Program-made: the position numbers and the translations under genes
Notes under the pieces: model-generated
Told to the model about the DNA's origin: nothing
Databases searched by the model: none
Seen by the model: the letters and a program-made list of their open reading frames with translations, nothing else
Assembly: GCF_009914755.1 (NCBI RefSeq)
Contig: NC_060930.1
DNA length: 64,000 nt
Reading direction: 5' to 3' (one strand)
Source of the DNA: the human T2T-CHM13v2.0 reference genome, Homo sapiens
In this document: one piece after another, positions 1-51,110 of the stretch
How positions within the stretch are numbered: the first letter of the stretch is position 1
How the letters are laid out: every line of letters starts with the position of its first letter

Positions 1-490
1 ATAATTCATAATACCACTCAACTGGAAACAACCCAAATGTCCATCAACTGATGAAAGTATAAACAAAATGTGGTATATTCACACAATGGCATACTATTCA
101 GCAATAAAATAAATGAAGTACCAATACATGCTACAACATGTATGAATCTTGAAAACATTATGCTAAGTGAAGCCATTGACAAAGGACCATACATTGTATC
201 ATTCCATTTGTATGAAATGTAGAGAGTAGGAAGATCTATACATACAGAAAGTCAAATGGTGGTTCCCTAGGGCTGTGCATGGAGGATCTGGGGGAGAAAT
301 GGGGAGCATGTACTAATGGGCACAGAGTTTCTTTTGGGATTATGAAATGTTCTAAAATCAAATTTGGTGATAGTTATACACTGTGAATATACTAAAAATA
401 CTGAATTGTACACTTTAGATGGGTGCATTGTATGGGTACGTGAATTATATCTCAGTTATAGATATCTGAATTATATCTCAATAAAACATG
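1..490 (+). mobile_element. Old L1 (L1MB/MC-like) 3' end
   Basis: ctggaaacaacccaaatgtccatcaac...tgtggtatattc...gaattatatctcaataaa. Confidence 0.85.
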
Positions 491-679
491 ACATAATATA
501 AAATATATAATATTTACATATCATATATAATAATGCTATATATATAATATACACTGACACCTGGATCCTTCTCTTAGAGAGTCTGAATTAATTGGTCTGT
601 GGTATGGCCTGGGCATTGGACTTCTGGAAACCTTCCCAGATAATTCTATTAAAAAGCTGATGTGGAGAATCTTTGACAT

Positions 680-852
680 GGGTCTTGGTACTTACAAGTG
701 TGGTTTGTGTGCCAGTGGCACCAACGAGACCTGGGAACTTACAAGGAGGGCAAAACCTCAGACCCCACCCAAGATCCACTGAATCAGAATCTGCATTTTT
801 GATGGGATCCTCAAATAACTTGGATGGACATTCAAGTTTGAGAAACATTGTC
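680..852. mobile_element. MER5A1-like hAT-Charlie MITE
   Basis: cctgggaactt...ccccacccaagatccactgaatcagaatctgcatttt...aagtttgagaaacattg. Confidence 0.7.
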
Positions 853-1129
853 AGTAAGGTAGTTGAATAGTAAGGCAGGCGAATGTTATCTCTGAAGTTC
901 CTTATCCTCTGTCCATCCACCCCTCCTCCTCCTGCCTATGGCTTTTTATTAAGGATACCCTTCCCAGTAGTGTCCCATATCTTCCAGTGTTTCTTGTCCA
1001 TAAAAACATACCAGGCTTAGATCATTTTCTTCGGGGGCACTGCTCTCTGCTAGGGAACCACTGGCCTTTTGGGATATATTCTCCTGAGAGCAAATAGGCA
1101 GTGGACTAGCACAACTGGTTCTATATAGC

Positions 1130-1500
1130 AAATGAGGCGACCCAGGAAGAAAGTGTAGAAAGAAGAGAGTTTAGGTCCTTTCCTGAAATTCCAGCATTTA
1201 AAAGTTGAGTTGAGGAAAATGCAGAAGATTGAGAAAGAGTGACTAGAGAGGAAGAATGAAAACCAGAAGAGTATGGAATCCAGAAGACAAGGGGAAAAAG
1301 GGTTTCAGGAAGGTGGGAGTGGTTAGCTGTGTGTGATACTGCTGTTGAGAGGTTGGGAAGGAAGAAATGTGTACTGGATTCAGTGACCTAGAGCCACTTC
1401 AGTTGAGTGGCAGGGAGGAGTTGGGATCGGATTGGTGAAGGAGTGAGGGAAGACAACTCTTTCAAACATTTGATTGTGAAGAGTTGAGGAGTGAAGAAGG
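1130..1500 (-). mobile_element. L2 fragment
   Basis: Purine-rich antisense L2 pattern (gagaaagagtgactagagag...gtttcaggaaggtgggagtgg). Confidence 0.6.
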
Positions 1501-1808
1501 CAGTATACAGCCAGGAAGAGGAGTGAGAGAGGGCTGTTCTATGCTGTTTTATTATGACTTTTCTTTGATTTCTTTGATTAGGATATTTTGAACATGTTCA
1601 AGTATAGACAGGACAAAATTCAAGACATAGGAAAGAAAACAGGTAATGAATAGGTAAATTTCCTGAAAGGCAGGAGGAGATGGGAACCAGAAAAGCAGAG
1701 TTGGCTCCTATGTGTCAAGAAAAGAAGAACAGAGGATGGATGTGTGTTTGGGTGGGTTCATATGTTTCAGTTATCAGAGGTGAAGGAGCTTGGCCACAAA
1801 GTTGAGCA

Positions 1809-2057
1809 CAGACTGAGTATCCCCTATCTCCTTATCTGAAATGCTTGGAACCAGTAGTGTTTCGGGTTTCTGATTTTTTTTTTTTGATTTTGGAATATTT
1901 GCATTATACTTACTAGTCTACCATCTCTAATCTGAAAATCTAAAGTCTAAAATCCTCCAATAAGCATTTCCTTTGAGCACCATATTGGTGCTTAAAAAGT
2001 TTTGGATTTTGGAGCATTTCAGATTTTGGATTTTCAGATTAGGGATACTCAACCAGT
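1809..2057. mobile_element. Tigger4a-like (Zombi) DNA transposon
   Basis: TIRs tgagtatccc / gggatactcaacc; internal gattttgga repeats. Confidence 0.8.
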
Positions 2058-2689
2058 AAGTGCTGGATTCAGGCTTCCAGCTCTCAGAGAAGCCTGAGTG
2101 TCTACTATGTGCCAGGTCCTGTGATTGATTAGGTGCTTGTAGGGGACATGAAGAGGAGCAGATATAATCTAGATCTAGAAGGAGCTTCTAGGCTATAGAG
2201 GAGGCAGGCAAGTTGATAGTCATTTGCAATGCAGCATGCTGGGCGTGCTACATTGCTCATGTGTACAATAAACATCTGGTGTTACCTACGGTCATCATAG
2301 AAAGGTTGGCAAGTAGAGGAGGAAAAGCCAAGTCTTCTGGAGAATTTGGGGAGCGGGGGAGGTTGCATCATTTATAAAATTCCTTCTGGATAGTCTGATA
2401 TTCTAGTATGTCCCCAAGTGAGAAGGCAATACCACCAGCCTCACTGCTATTGAGAATCAGTCCATTCTCCCTCCTTTTGATGATTTTATGTGGCTTCCTT
2501 TTGAAGGGGAAAAGAATTGGAACTTAATATCAAACTATTTTAAAATTTCCTTTATTAGAGTCTTACGAAAACTTATACAAACATGATACTAAGTAGTATA
2601 TAAGCATATTTAGGCATATATCTCTTAAAGAATAAGAACACCACAATAATTATACAAACTTAATATTGATTAAAATTACAGACCAATAA

Positions 2690-3035
<346 letters not shown>

Positions 3036-4390
3036 AAATAAAATTACAGACCAATAAAATGTAAGTTAACATTAATGTGATGAGTGATGTTTAACTTTGG
3101 GTAAATTGCTTTTTCCAGTTAGGCTCTGAGTTTGATGTGTTCCAATGACTAAGTGGTAATTCAGTGATCTTGTCACCTTTCTCTGTTGGAATCACTAAAA
3201 ATTTTGACGTGTTCAGCATTCACTGGGCCCAGATTCTTCTCTTCTTTTTTTCATTTGCCTGTGACAATGATAGCACCCCTACGTGGCAAAGCAGGGTGGC
3301 ACCACAGACCAAGGGTTAGCACGGACACTGGGTGGAAACAGGAAATTTCCTGAGGTGGTTCCAGGCATGCTTTTATTAAGAGCATTGAATAAACATAAAA
3401 TGGGGAAAATCTTGCCATGAAGAACTCTTGGGTTCCCAAGAATACACCTTTGCACGCAGTTTGAAAAATACAGTGCGAGCTGGGCCTTAGGGTGCTATGA
3501 GGGCAGACGGGCTGGGTGTGCTGCCACACTAGGGGATGAGGCAGGGAAGGCTTCTGGAATGAAAAGGGATGAGGGACGAGAACTGTCAAACCAAGGTCTC
3601 TTTTAAACTGTGCTTATTTATGGCTTGCTGTTTGATTTGGTGCTTTTTCCTTTAATCATTTGGTGCCAGGTTTTCCTATCAGTCCTTTCATGTCCTATAT
3701 GGTTGGCCAACACCTACAAGGGGGAGGTTGGTCACCTAAGTAATCTCATATTGGTGAAAAAGCCAAGGTATCTGAAAGGGGTTTTGTAAGAAAAATTTTA
3801 GGATCGGACTATACCAGGAAACAGCTTCCTGCCTAGCTATAGGTTGTTAATTTGTCTGAATATTTTCAAACCAGGATGCTTTTGGTGTGTTGGATAGGCT
3901 TTTGAGTAGGGAGAGATACTATCTTGAATTGTGCTAGTAATTTAACTCAACAGCATCTAACAAAGGCAGTCTTATTCTTGGATCATGTGTACAGATCATA
4001 GTCTGAAGTGGAATAAGCAGAATGTTGTTCTCAGTGTGAGATGTTATTTAGAACACACTGGAAACATTGTGATGTCATTGTGCACTGAGGCAGGGAAATG
4101 TTAGTCTACATTTTATGGAATATGTACTTCAATGTTTGCATTGTACCTGGAGTGATAAAAAGCAAAACAGGTACTCAAGACCTGTCTGGGCTTTGGCCTT
4201 TGGGCACATTCCCCCTCATCACCTTCCTTCCCACTTGGCTGAGCTATGGATGAGAAAACCTAGGTCAATAGTTCACCAACTCACCTTCAAGCCAGGTGGG
4301 CTGACAAGTCCTCCTTTGACCACAGGACCCCAGCGCCTGCATCCAGAAGCATCTAAGATCCTGGAAGTCAACTTAAATTTTCAATGAATG

Positions 4391-4677
4391 GGCCAGTTGC
4401 AGTGGCTCACACCTGTAATCCCAGCACTTTGGGAAGCTGAGGCGACAGGATTCTTTGAGCCCAGGAGTTTGAGACCAGCCTGCTTGGGCAACATAGACCC
4501 AATTTCAATCAATCAATCAATAGTCGAGTGTAGTGGCAGGCATCTGTAGCCTCAGCTACTGAGGAGCTGAGGTGGGAGGATCACTGAACCCAGGAGTTTG
4601 AGGTTTGCAATGAGCCATAATTGTGCCACTGCACCCTGGGCAACAGAGCAAGACCCAGTCTCAAAAAAAAAAAAAAA
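4391..4677 (+). mobile_element. AluJ-like element with (TCAA)n middle linker
   Basis: Diverged dimer with poly(A) tail. Confidence 0.9.
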
Positions 4678-6750
4678 TCAACTAATGGCACTCATTACCT
4701 CCTTCCTCTCAACAGTACCTATTCTCTTACCTATTCACCTCACCCTCATGAAGCTTTTCTAAGGTTCCTATTTGTCTGTGGACTTTCATTTCTGCATGCC
4801 TGCCTATTCAGAAACATCTATTCCATTCTCCAATTATACTTTACGTTTGCATACCTCTTTTCACTTTTCAAAGTGAATGGGGGAGTCTCCATTTTCCCTG
4901 AGAGCAGCTTAGACAGGTGATATTGTCCCATTTTATAAATGAGAGCACTGTAGCTAGAGAGGTTAATGACTGGCTCAAGATGTAGAGGAGACTTTAGAGC
5001 TTGTGCTTCAACCTACATGGCTGGAATCCAGTTTCATTGGCTATTGATTATAATGCTTTATTTTTTCTTAGAAAAAAAAACTTTAGGTAGGGCATAATTT
5101 AGTGATAGAGAATGAGGAACTATATAGTACGTTTTTAAAAATATACATATATTCCCTGCCCACTCCTGTGATTTGTTCTTGGGTAGGTACATAGTAGCTT
5201 TGTCTTAACACTGTGACCCTTTTTGCCATGTCCATCATAATAGGTGAGAACACCTTATATGAAGAATGCCTGTGACTTTGGTACATCGGAATCTGATACC
5301 CTTGAAAGGGGTCTAGGAGACACCTGTTTCTGAGTAGATTCCATTGCATACAATTCATAGACTCTCAGAGTTGGAAGAGACAATATGAGTCGTCTGGTTC
5401 ACCAGGTGTTTGGTTACATTTTTGGTTAGATCCCATATGAATCCTTAAAGGTTGTGGAGTGAGTTTGACGAACAATCCTTATTATTTTGCATGACCCTTC
5501 ATGGCCTAAAAATAATTCTGTGTTTTACCAAACTAAGTAAAATGTTGACTATACAAAAGAAAAAGGTTTTTTTCCCTTGGGTCATTTGGGTTTTGAGATG
5601 TTCTATTTGAAACATTTTCCTTACAATTTGTTACCTGTTAAGAAAATTGCTTATTTAAATATCTGTTGAATGCTACTTAATAAATGTAACTTTCAAAATG
5701 TGACTAAATGGTGGTAGTTTTCTTTGTTAATAGTGATTATTTTATTTTGCCATTGTTGCATTGCTATAATTTGTTTTCGTTTTCTTTGTTTCTCTCTTTA
5801 TAAGCTAGATGCCAGTTTTCCCCCCTAGAATTGTTAACCATTTACCTGTGTTTTGTATGACATGCACATGGGATTCATGTGAACGTTTTCACTTATTTTG
5901 CACTTTTTAGCCAGAGATACAGAAGAAGAGAGGGACACTCGAGATTAAATGTTTTAGTGAAAGTTAATGGGCAGCATATAACAAGCCTGGGGTACTTGAA
6001 AATTCAGTAAAAAGCAATAACTAGGGCTGGTTGTTTTCCCTCTTTGCCTTTGAATAGAAATGCATGCCCACACTGATGGAATGTCAAGTGCCTGTGCTGT
6101 AGGACTACTTAGCAACCTGCCCTTACAAATCTCTATCTTGAACCAGTGTTTCTTAGCATTAAAAACAAAGGGTATGTGTACTTAAACCCTGGAGTCAGTG
6201 TACAGAGGTCTAACTTCTCACCCAAAATCGTGGGTCATATAATATTGTGGCCAGGAGAGTGCTTATAGGAAGTTTCAAAATTCATTTAGTTGATATATTG
6301 TGGTTTGTAGTGTACCTAGGAACATTACATTATTAGTAAGAGGCACATCCATTATAAGCTCTTGGGAAGGTGTATATTTCAACTTAACACATTTGCAGTT
6401 ATATTTGAAATGAATGTGTTTGCCTATAAGGACTCACTTAGTATCTTTAGTTCCTATTTAATGCTAAACTTATTCTGTAGACCCAAATATTTCTAAGAAG
6501 AGCCTTGCATAGAGGCACCTGGGATATTCTGTTACAAATATCTGTTCTGTCTACACAGCTTCTCCACCTTAAGTGGTTTAACTGGTGCTTTGCAGGGAGT
6601 GGAGAAAGGATATCTCAGAAGGTCAAAGGATTAACATTTTCCCACAAAGTCTTTGATGGAAAGTCTAAGACCAGGAGAAGAGGAGTAATAACATGACCTA
6701 TTATTCTGTAATTTGCAAATTCATGAAGGGCTTCCATATATAAATTTCAC

Positions 6751-6788
6751 GTGTATGTGTGTATGTGTGGGTGTGTGTGTGTGTGTGT
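6751..6788. repeat. (TG)n microsatellite
   Basis: Imperfect TG run. Confidence 0.85.
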
Positions 6789-8317
6789 TAAACCCTGTGA
6801 GGTAACTATAACAGGTATTATTGTCCCTACTTTTTAAATTAAGGAAAGCAAGTCTAGGTCATAGGCTAAGTCATTTTCCCATTGTCACCTAGTAAAGTGG
6901 ACCCTCCACCCAGGTGTTAGGATCTGAAGTTCTTTGCATTGTTCACTTTGTTTTCCTCAAACACCTTCCCCTTGAGCCTGGAGACTATATCTTTCAGTCT
7001 TTTTACTTAAATTTCTTTAAGTGGCTGCTGGGGGTCAGTGGGAAGATCAAGGCAGTAACAATGGAACAGGTGTGGCTGATGGAAGGCTGAGATGTCCTCA
7101 GCAGCAGAACAGGATGGACAGGCTTTCACACTGTTTATTCATTTGTCCCCTGGCAAAACACTCCTTTTGGTGAGCCGCCTTGACTGTTCCCCTGGGTGTT
7201 CGCCTGCCCATTGACATTCTTCCCCATATTTCCTTGCTGCTGCTCTCTTCTATGTCCCACTGCTGCTGCTGCTGGATACCATGTTTGGCACAGTAAATCC
7301 TAGAGCAAGTGATTTTTCACCCTTCTGTTGAACAAGGAAGTCAGGGTTAAAACACAGTAATTATATGGCGGTCAAGTGCAAGAGAGGAGTGACTGCAGAG
7401 GATCCCTGTTCCCAGATACCTTTTATTCCTGAATTTATACTAAATCATGAGCATTTGTGCATGTCTTTTAAATATCATTTGAAGACTCTTTTCATGATTC
7501 TGCACATTCTATCGCATAAATTTAGCAACATTTATTTCAGTGTTCTATTTTGGGTATTTAGGTTATTTTCTAGTTTTTGCTGTGATGAATATTATAGAAA
7601 AAATTAACTCCTTGGAGAAAAAAACTGTTAACTATTTGAAGAGATACAAGTCTGGTTTAAATGGTTTGCCCTAGTCATTGATTCATCAGTACATTGTAAG
7701 TTATTTATAACCAGATAAATACATGATTAGTTTTCTGAAGTAATATAATAGTGATACTAGTTTTATTTTCAGGTGGAAAAAATGAGTAAAGATGGTCAAT
7801 AACAGGGATAGATTTCACAATTACATCATCAATATTCTGACCCTAGAATTTTACTTTTGGCTCATGCTTTTATAAAAAGTTGGTGCAACAGCAATATTTT
7901 TAATGCAGTAAGTTGATACATAAATGTATAAATCTGAAAAATCTAAACCCAGTTGTAAATAATCACCACTTTGTAAGAGTCGTTGCTTCAGTGGCTGGCT
8001 TAAGTATTTTTGGTGGAATGTACTCCTCAACATTTGAACTTGACTTTTTTTTGGTCATGCATGTAGAAAAGGTTTACCGATTATGAGCAAGTTAGTAGAA
8101 GTTGAAGAACCAATTACTTAGAGGTTTATTTCCTGGAACTACTGCCTTCAATTTCTTGTGCAGTTGCATAGAGAGGAATAGGGTGAGGCATTACAGGTTT
8201 CCATAAAGCTATCAGTCCCTCTCTTAACTTTTCAGTCAGACTCACATCTTCACCCACTGTCCAACATCCAGACACAACAGGCAGTGAGCAGACCAACTTT
8301 GTTCCTGGTGTTCTCCC

Positions 8318-8608
8318 TCTTCTCTCTGGGTTTCTTTTTTCTTTTCAGTTTCTTCTCTGGGCTTCTTTTTTTCTATTCAGTTTCTTCTCTGGTTTTCTTT
8401 TTTCTATTCAGTTTCTTCTGTGGGTTTCTTTTTCTATTCAATTTCTTCTCTGAGTTTCTTTTTTCTATTCAATGTCTTCTCTGGGTTTCATTTTTTCTAT
8501 TCAATGTCTTCTCTGGGTTTCATTTTTTCTATTCAATTTCTTCTCTGGGTTTCTTTTTTCTATTCAATTTCTTCTCTGGGTTTATTTTTTTCTATTTAAT
8601 TTCTTCTT
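8318..8608. repeat. Minisatellite, ~9.5 copies of a 30-32 bp unit (TTTCTTTTTTCTATTCAATTTCTTCTCTGGG)
   Basis: Unit ends at 8330, 8361, 8393, 8424, 8454, 8485, 8517, 8549, 8580. Confidence 0.95.
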
Positions 8609-9295
8609 TCCCCAGGGGACCAGTGCCTTTTTTCCTACTCCAACCTCCTTAACATGGCATCCACCAAGGCCCATATTTTTGAGGTCTCATTGTCTTTGGG
8701 ATAATGTCTTTGGGACAATGTGTCTCTTGTCTTTGGGAAGCAAGTTATCTTTGCTGTCCCCAGTCAGCAGGAAGTCACCTGACTTTCCCAAATTTGACAT
8801 TATCTTTTCCAGGTATGTTTGCTTTTAAGCGTGGTCCTAGAAATGTCACTGCCTTAAGCTTACTTTGATTGTGTGGCTAGCTCAGTGCAAGGGTCACAGC
8901 GTTCTGTTCTAGTTTTGGGTAAACTTTGATGGAGAGGACCACTAGGTAAAAATGGAATTAGGAACTCATATTTTTTTTTTTTAAAGGAGGGGGCCTTTAG
9001 GGTTAGAAAATAGTGTTTTTTCTTTTCCTGATCTACGGTGGCTGAAATGTGTGAGCATAGGGAAATCTGACTTGAATAAACTCTTAAGATGAAGTCATAC
9101 ATAATTAATTGCCTGTCTCTGCATTCTTTCCAAAGTGATGGCTCTTAGTATTCACACTTGTGATAACTTATGTTTCTTGAGTACAAGAGCCTCAGGACAG
9201 CCAATTAAGGAAGAAGACACAGTGGTGGTTCTGTTATGTAACCTTTCTGCTACTGTAATGGAATGGGCAATTGTCTTTTTTTTCTTAACTTCCAG

Positions 9296-46786
<37,491 letters not shown>

Positions 46787-47579
46787 AGATCTCTGTGTTC
46801 ATACGCCCCAGATATGTGAGTTACATGAGATGGCACAGTGATAAAGCCCCATTTAGTGACCTTGCCTCCTTCTCCTTGCCAACTTTGAAAGTGCCTCCGT
46901 GTCCAGACTTTGAACTTGCCTGCCAGCCTTCAGCATCAGGAAAGGCCAAGTCCTGGGTGTGAGTGTTCCTGTGTAACAAGAACTGGGCTCAACGGTCCAG
47001 CTGTTTCTATGGAGCTTTGGGGTTCCTTGAGATGAATGAACATATCATTTTATCATCCAAAGGATCTCACTGGACTGTTCAACTTCCAGCCAAATTCAAG
47101 GAGCTTGCGGGAACATTTGATATAACAAATGTGTTGTCATTGTTGGCAACATACAAGATAACCAAGAAGCTGGAGTCTGTTCTGTGTTGATTTGACTACC
47201 ATGAGAAACACAGGGGAAACCTGATGAGGAGAAGGATAAGACTGCGTAAGGAGAAATCCTCATAGGAGCTATAAAGCAGGCTGCTGATCTCAGCAGTTGA
47301 TATGGTGGTTGTGCCTCTGCTGGCTACTGGGTGTGCTGTCCCCATGTTCCCGCTGTGATTTGGCAGAAACACAATAGGCTTCTCCTTGTGTGATCTCAGC
47401 TTCAAGCAGGTGAAACTGCTGTGCAGAGGGAGTTGCCCCTTCCCAGTAAAAGAGTTGCAGCCTGTTAAACAATGTGGTCTAATTTAGTGTCTCTCCCTTG
47501 GCAAATGTAAGTTTTCTAAGTTGGCCAACTTGTCTCTTACAGCCAGTGGCTGTGGTCTACAGAATTGTTTCATATAAAA

Positions 47580-47587
47580 TACGGGTA
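47580..47587 (+). promoter_or_regulatory. miR-99/100 family 8mer site TACGGGTA
   Basis: Exact complement of seed ACCCGUA plus the A1 position, within the 3'UTR. Confidence 0.65.
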
Positions 47588-49330
47588 GAGTGGTAGAGTT
47601 TCAAAACTTTCGTCATAGATATCTGGGACCTTTCTCAGGATCTGTGTTCACACAGCCAATAGATTTGGAATCAGGCCTAAGAGTACACATGGAGGGTAAA
47701 TATTAAAGTGCGTATTATGTACATCTAGAATCCATGTGACTTGCAGCCTACCTGTAATTTCTATCCATTGAGCATGCATGGATATACCCAATAGTACACA
47801 CAAAATAAATGTTTACTTAAGAGCCATTCTATCCTTTTGTGACTGAAATGGTTTATTGTAAATCTGCCTAAAGATTTTTTGCATATTATATATGTGAATT
47901 TTGGTTGTAAGTTCATAACTTACCCAAGGGTATAGACTCATAACTCTTTTAAAACAGTGCTTAGTACAATATCCTGCCATCTCTGTAAAAACGCTAATTG
48001 ATAACCGAGTCATTTACATGTTTTCGAACACAGAATAGCTCTTTTCTCAGCATCATTATTGCTCTTTCAGCATCTGTTAGGACAGTCTGAATACTTTCTG
48101 TTTCAAGGCACTGATAAAACCGCAACAAAAACATGTAAGAAATAAAATAGAAATGCTTTATATATTTTAGTTTAAATTTATGTATCACCTCATTGTGACT
48201 TATTTTTTCCATTATACCATTAGTCAGATTTGAATAACGAGGTTTTGAAAGGATAAAACCTTTTCTCCAATGACAGGATTATATAATTGCTATTGGCAAT
48301 GTAGCCTGGTGCTTCATGAGACCTATGCTAAATGTTACTGGAGAGTTCTTGAAGCCAGGGATACCATATCAGGAACTATTCAGGATCTATGATATTTTCT
48401 GAGGTAACTGGGTAATAGAATATCAAATTGCTGCTATCTCGGACCTATTGTTAAAGGATGATGCTTTGCCTATGTAATAGGATATATCCTAAGTGGGGAT
48501 GTGTATATTTCAGGAACTTTAATTCACAAGTATATATTGATATCTGATGTGTGTATAGTACATCTGTTGGTTATGTACATTTTAATTTACATGTTGTGTA
48601 GAACATAGATGAGAACTCTGGGAAAACTTGGGAATGGCAACCAACCAAAATCATTTTTAATCATTTATTAGAAATTTCTCAATATTGTGTCTTTTTCTTT
48701 TGAAACTCTAAACACTTCAGAAAAAAACACTATCAGTGTAGTTCATGTTAGTATAATTATAGATTTACATATATTTGAATAGTTAATTTGCTTTGTTTTA
48801 CACGTAGCCCACTGCCTCATTATAGGTAAAAGGCATTTATAACTGCTCAGGGGATTACGAGAACTCAACTGAAACTGAATTTTTGTAACAAGAATGTTAA
48901 TAGTGGCAAAGTCCTCTGTCAGTAAACTCTTTAAGCTTGGTGCCGCAAAGAGTCTTTAAATGGGGGCTGATTTCAAGTAACCTAAAAGACTGTGTTATCA
49001 GAGGAAGAGGTCCCAAATTTGGAGTAAAGATGGGAGAAAATAAATATGTGCTATTTCCTTGGCGAGTTGGGGGAATTTGCCACCTTACAGAGTTTGTATC
49101 ACTGAATTAGCTGCTTTTGTTTTTTTTTTTTTTTTTTTTTTGCCAGGGCTATGGAGTGGGGGTTGTTTGTCAAACTGATTTTCAATAATTGGATTTAATT
49201 TTTTTTAACATTGAAAAGTGCCTGAAAAATGGTAAATTCTTAAATGTGTGTGAGATTGTCAGAATCAACAAAACTAGGTTGGTTAAACATATCTCTGGTA
49301 CATCAAGGGGCATGATACAAACCAGTCTAA

Positions 49331-49678
<348 letters not shown>

Positions 49679-50313
49679 TGACAACTTTGATAACAGAGGC
49701 TGCTATTTTTGTTTTAGATAATTGGCCAGTGACAGAGTTTACCCTTGCCTCCTTTCTTGGTCTGCCAGCTTTGTCCTTTCTGAGTGATTCTCTTTCTGTA
49801 TTGAGAGGAAGTGTGGGTCTACATAGGGATGTTTGGATGCTATGGCAAGAATCTTTTTGTGTTTGGAGTGTAGTCCATTTGCAATAGAAATAAAAAAATC
49901 CGTCACCAAATTGTAACCTGGATGTTATAGCCCAGCATCTAGAAATCCTATGAAATGTATTAGCACAATATCTTGCCATTGTCCCATCTAGGAAATTTTT
50001 TCTTGTTGTGAGGTAGGGAAGTGAGGAGGAAAGCCATGCCGAAGCAAATGTTAGAATCTTAGGCATCCTATTTGTTCATGCCATGGGTATTTGCTTTGGA
50101 CTTGGAGTCTGTACTTTGAAAGAGGCCTTTGAAAAACAAATAATTCTGTGTGAATTTTCTTGTAGCGTGCTTCATGAAAATATCTACTTATCCAGGTTTG
50201 CAAATGTACATGTTCATTTGAATGTAAATCACCATTTCTTGGAACCCCACGTTTTTTCTTAAAAATTATTCTGAATTAAATGTATATTTCTTTAGCCTTC
50301 CCTACACAGTACT

Positions 50314-50319
50314 AATAAA
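50314..50319 (+). terminator. Polyadenylation signal AATAAA (candidate)
   Basis: Several upstream TGTA elements (~50205-50285) and U/GU-rich sequence downstream. Confidence 0.65.
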
Positions 50320-50574
50320 AGACTTTTCTTTCTGTTCATGAATGGATGCCTTTATGTGATATAGAGTCATGTGTGTATGTGTAGCTTTAAGGGCAATTTC
50401 AGAAATGCATTAGATGAATGACATTTTATAAAGCGATCACAATTGATATCTACAGGCTATTATGTCTCATGTTGATTCATGATCCAGGAAGTTTTATGTA
50501 TTTAAAAAATTGCTATCGTGTTATATTTTTCCAATTTTTGGAGAAGAAAATAGCTGTTTAGGCTCTCTAGCCAC

Positions 50575-50580
50575 AATAAA
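50575..50580 (+). terminator. Distal polyadenylation signal AATAAA (candidate)
   Basis: AATAAA followed by GU-rich gtgtgtt...tttgtt. Confidence 0.55.
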
Positions 50581-50775
50581 TGTAAGCAGGAAATCAAGTG
50601 TGTTAACCTTTGTTGCGCTGCACAATTCTAGGCATGTTCAGTTTTATCCTTTGAGAACCAACCAAGTTACTGTTAAATCCTAGGTTCTGAATTTACAAAA
50701 TGTACCAGAATTTGCAATACCATCTATGGAAATAACTCTTGGCTACTTTACTTCTTAAAAGAAATAGGGTCAGGG

Positions 50776-51110
<335 letters not shown>

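Noticed and set aside
3060-4390. Repeat-free intronic stretch as a possible pseudogene or enhancer
   Set aside because: No recognisable ORF homology, poly(A) tail or TSD; cannot be supported from sequence alone
7260-7274. (CTG)5 triplet run
   Set aside because: Too short to be unstable or meaningful
8318-8608. Regularly spaced ~31-bp repeats as a CRISPR-like array
   Set aside because: Head-to-tail units with no unique spacers, in a eukaryotic intron with no cas genes
8284-8828. ORFs of 122 and 118 aa rich in F/S/L that look like membrane proteins
   Set aside because: They are translations of the T/C-rich minisatellite, not a real protein family
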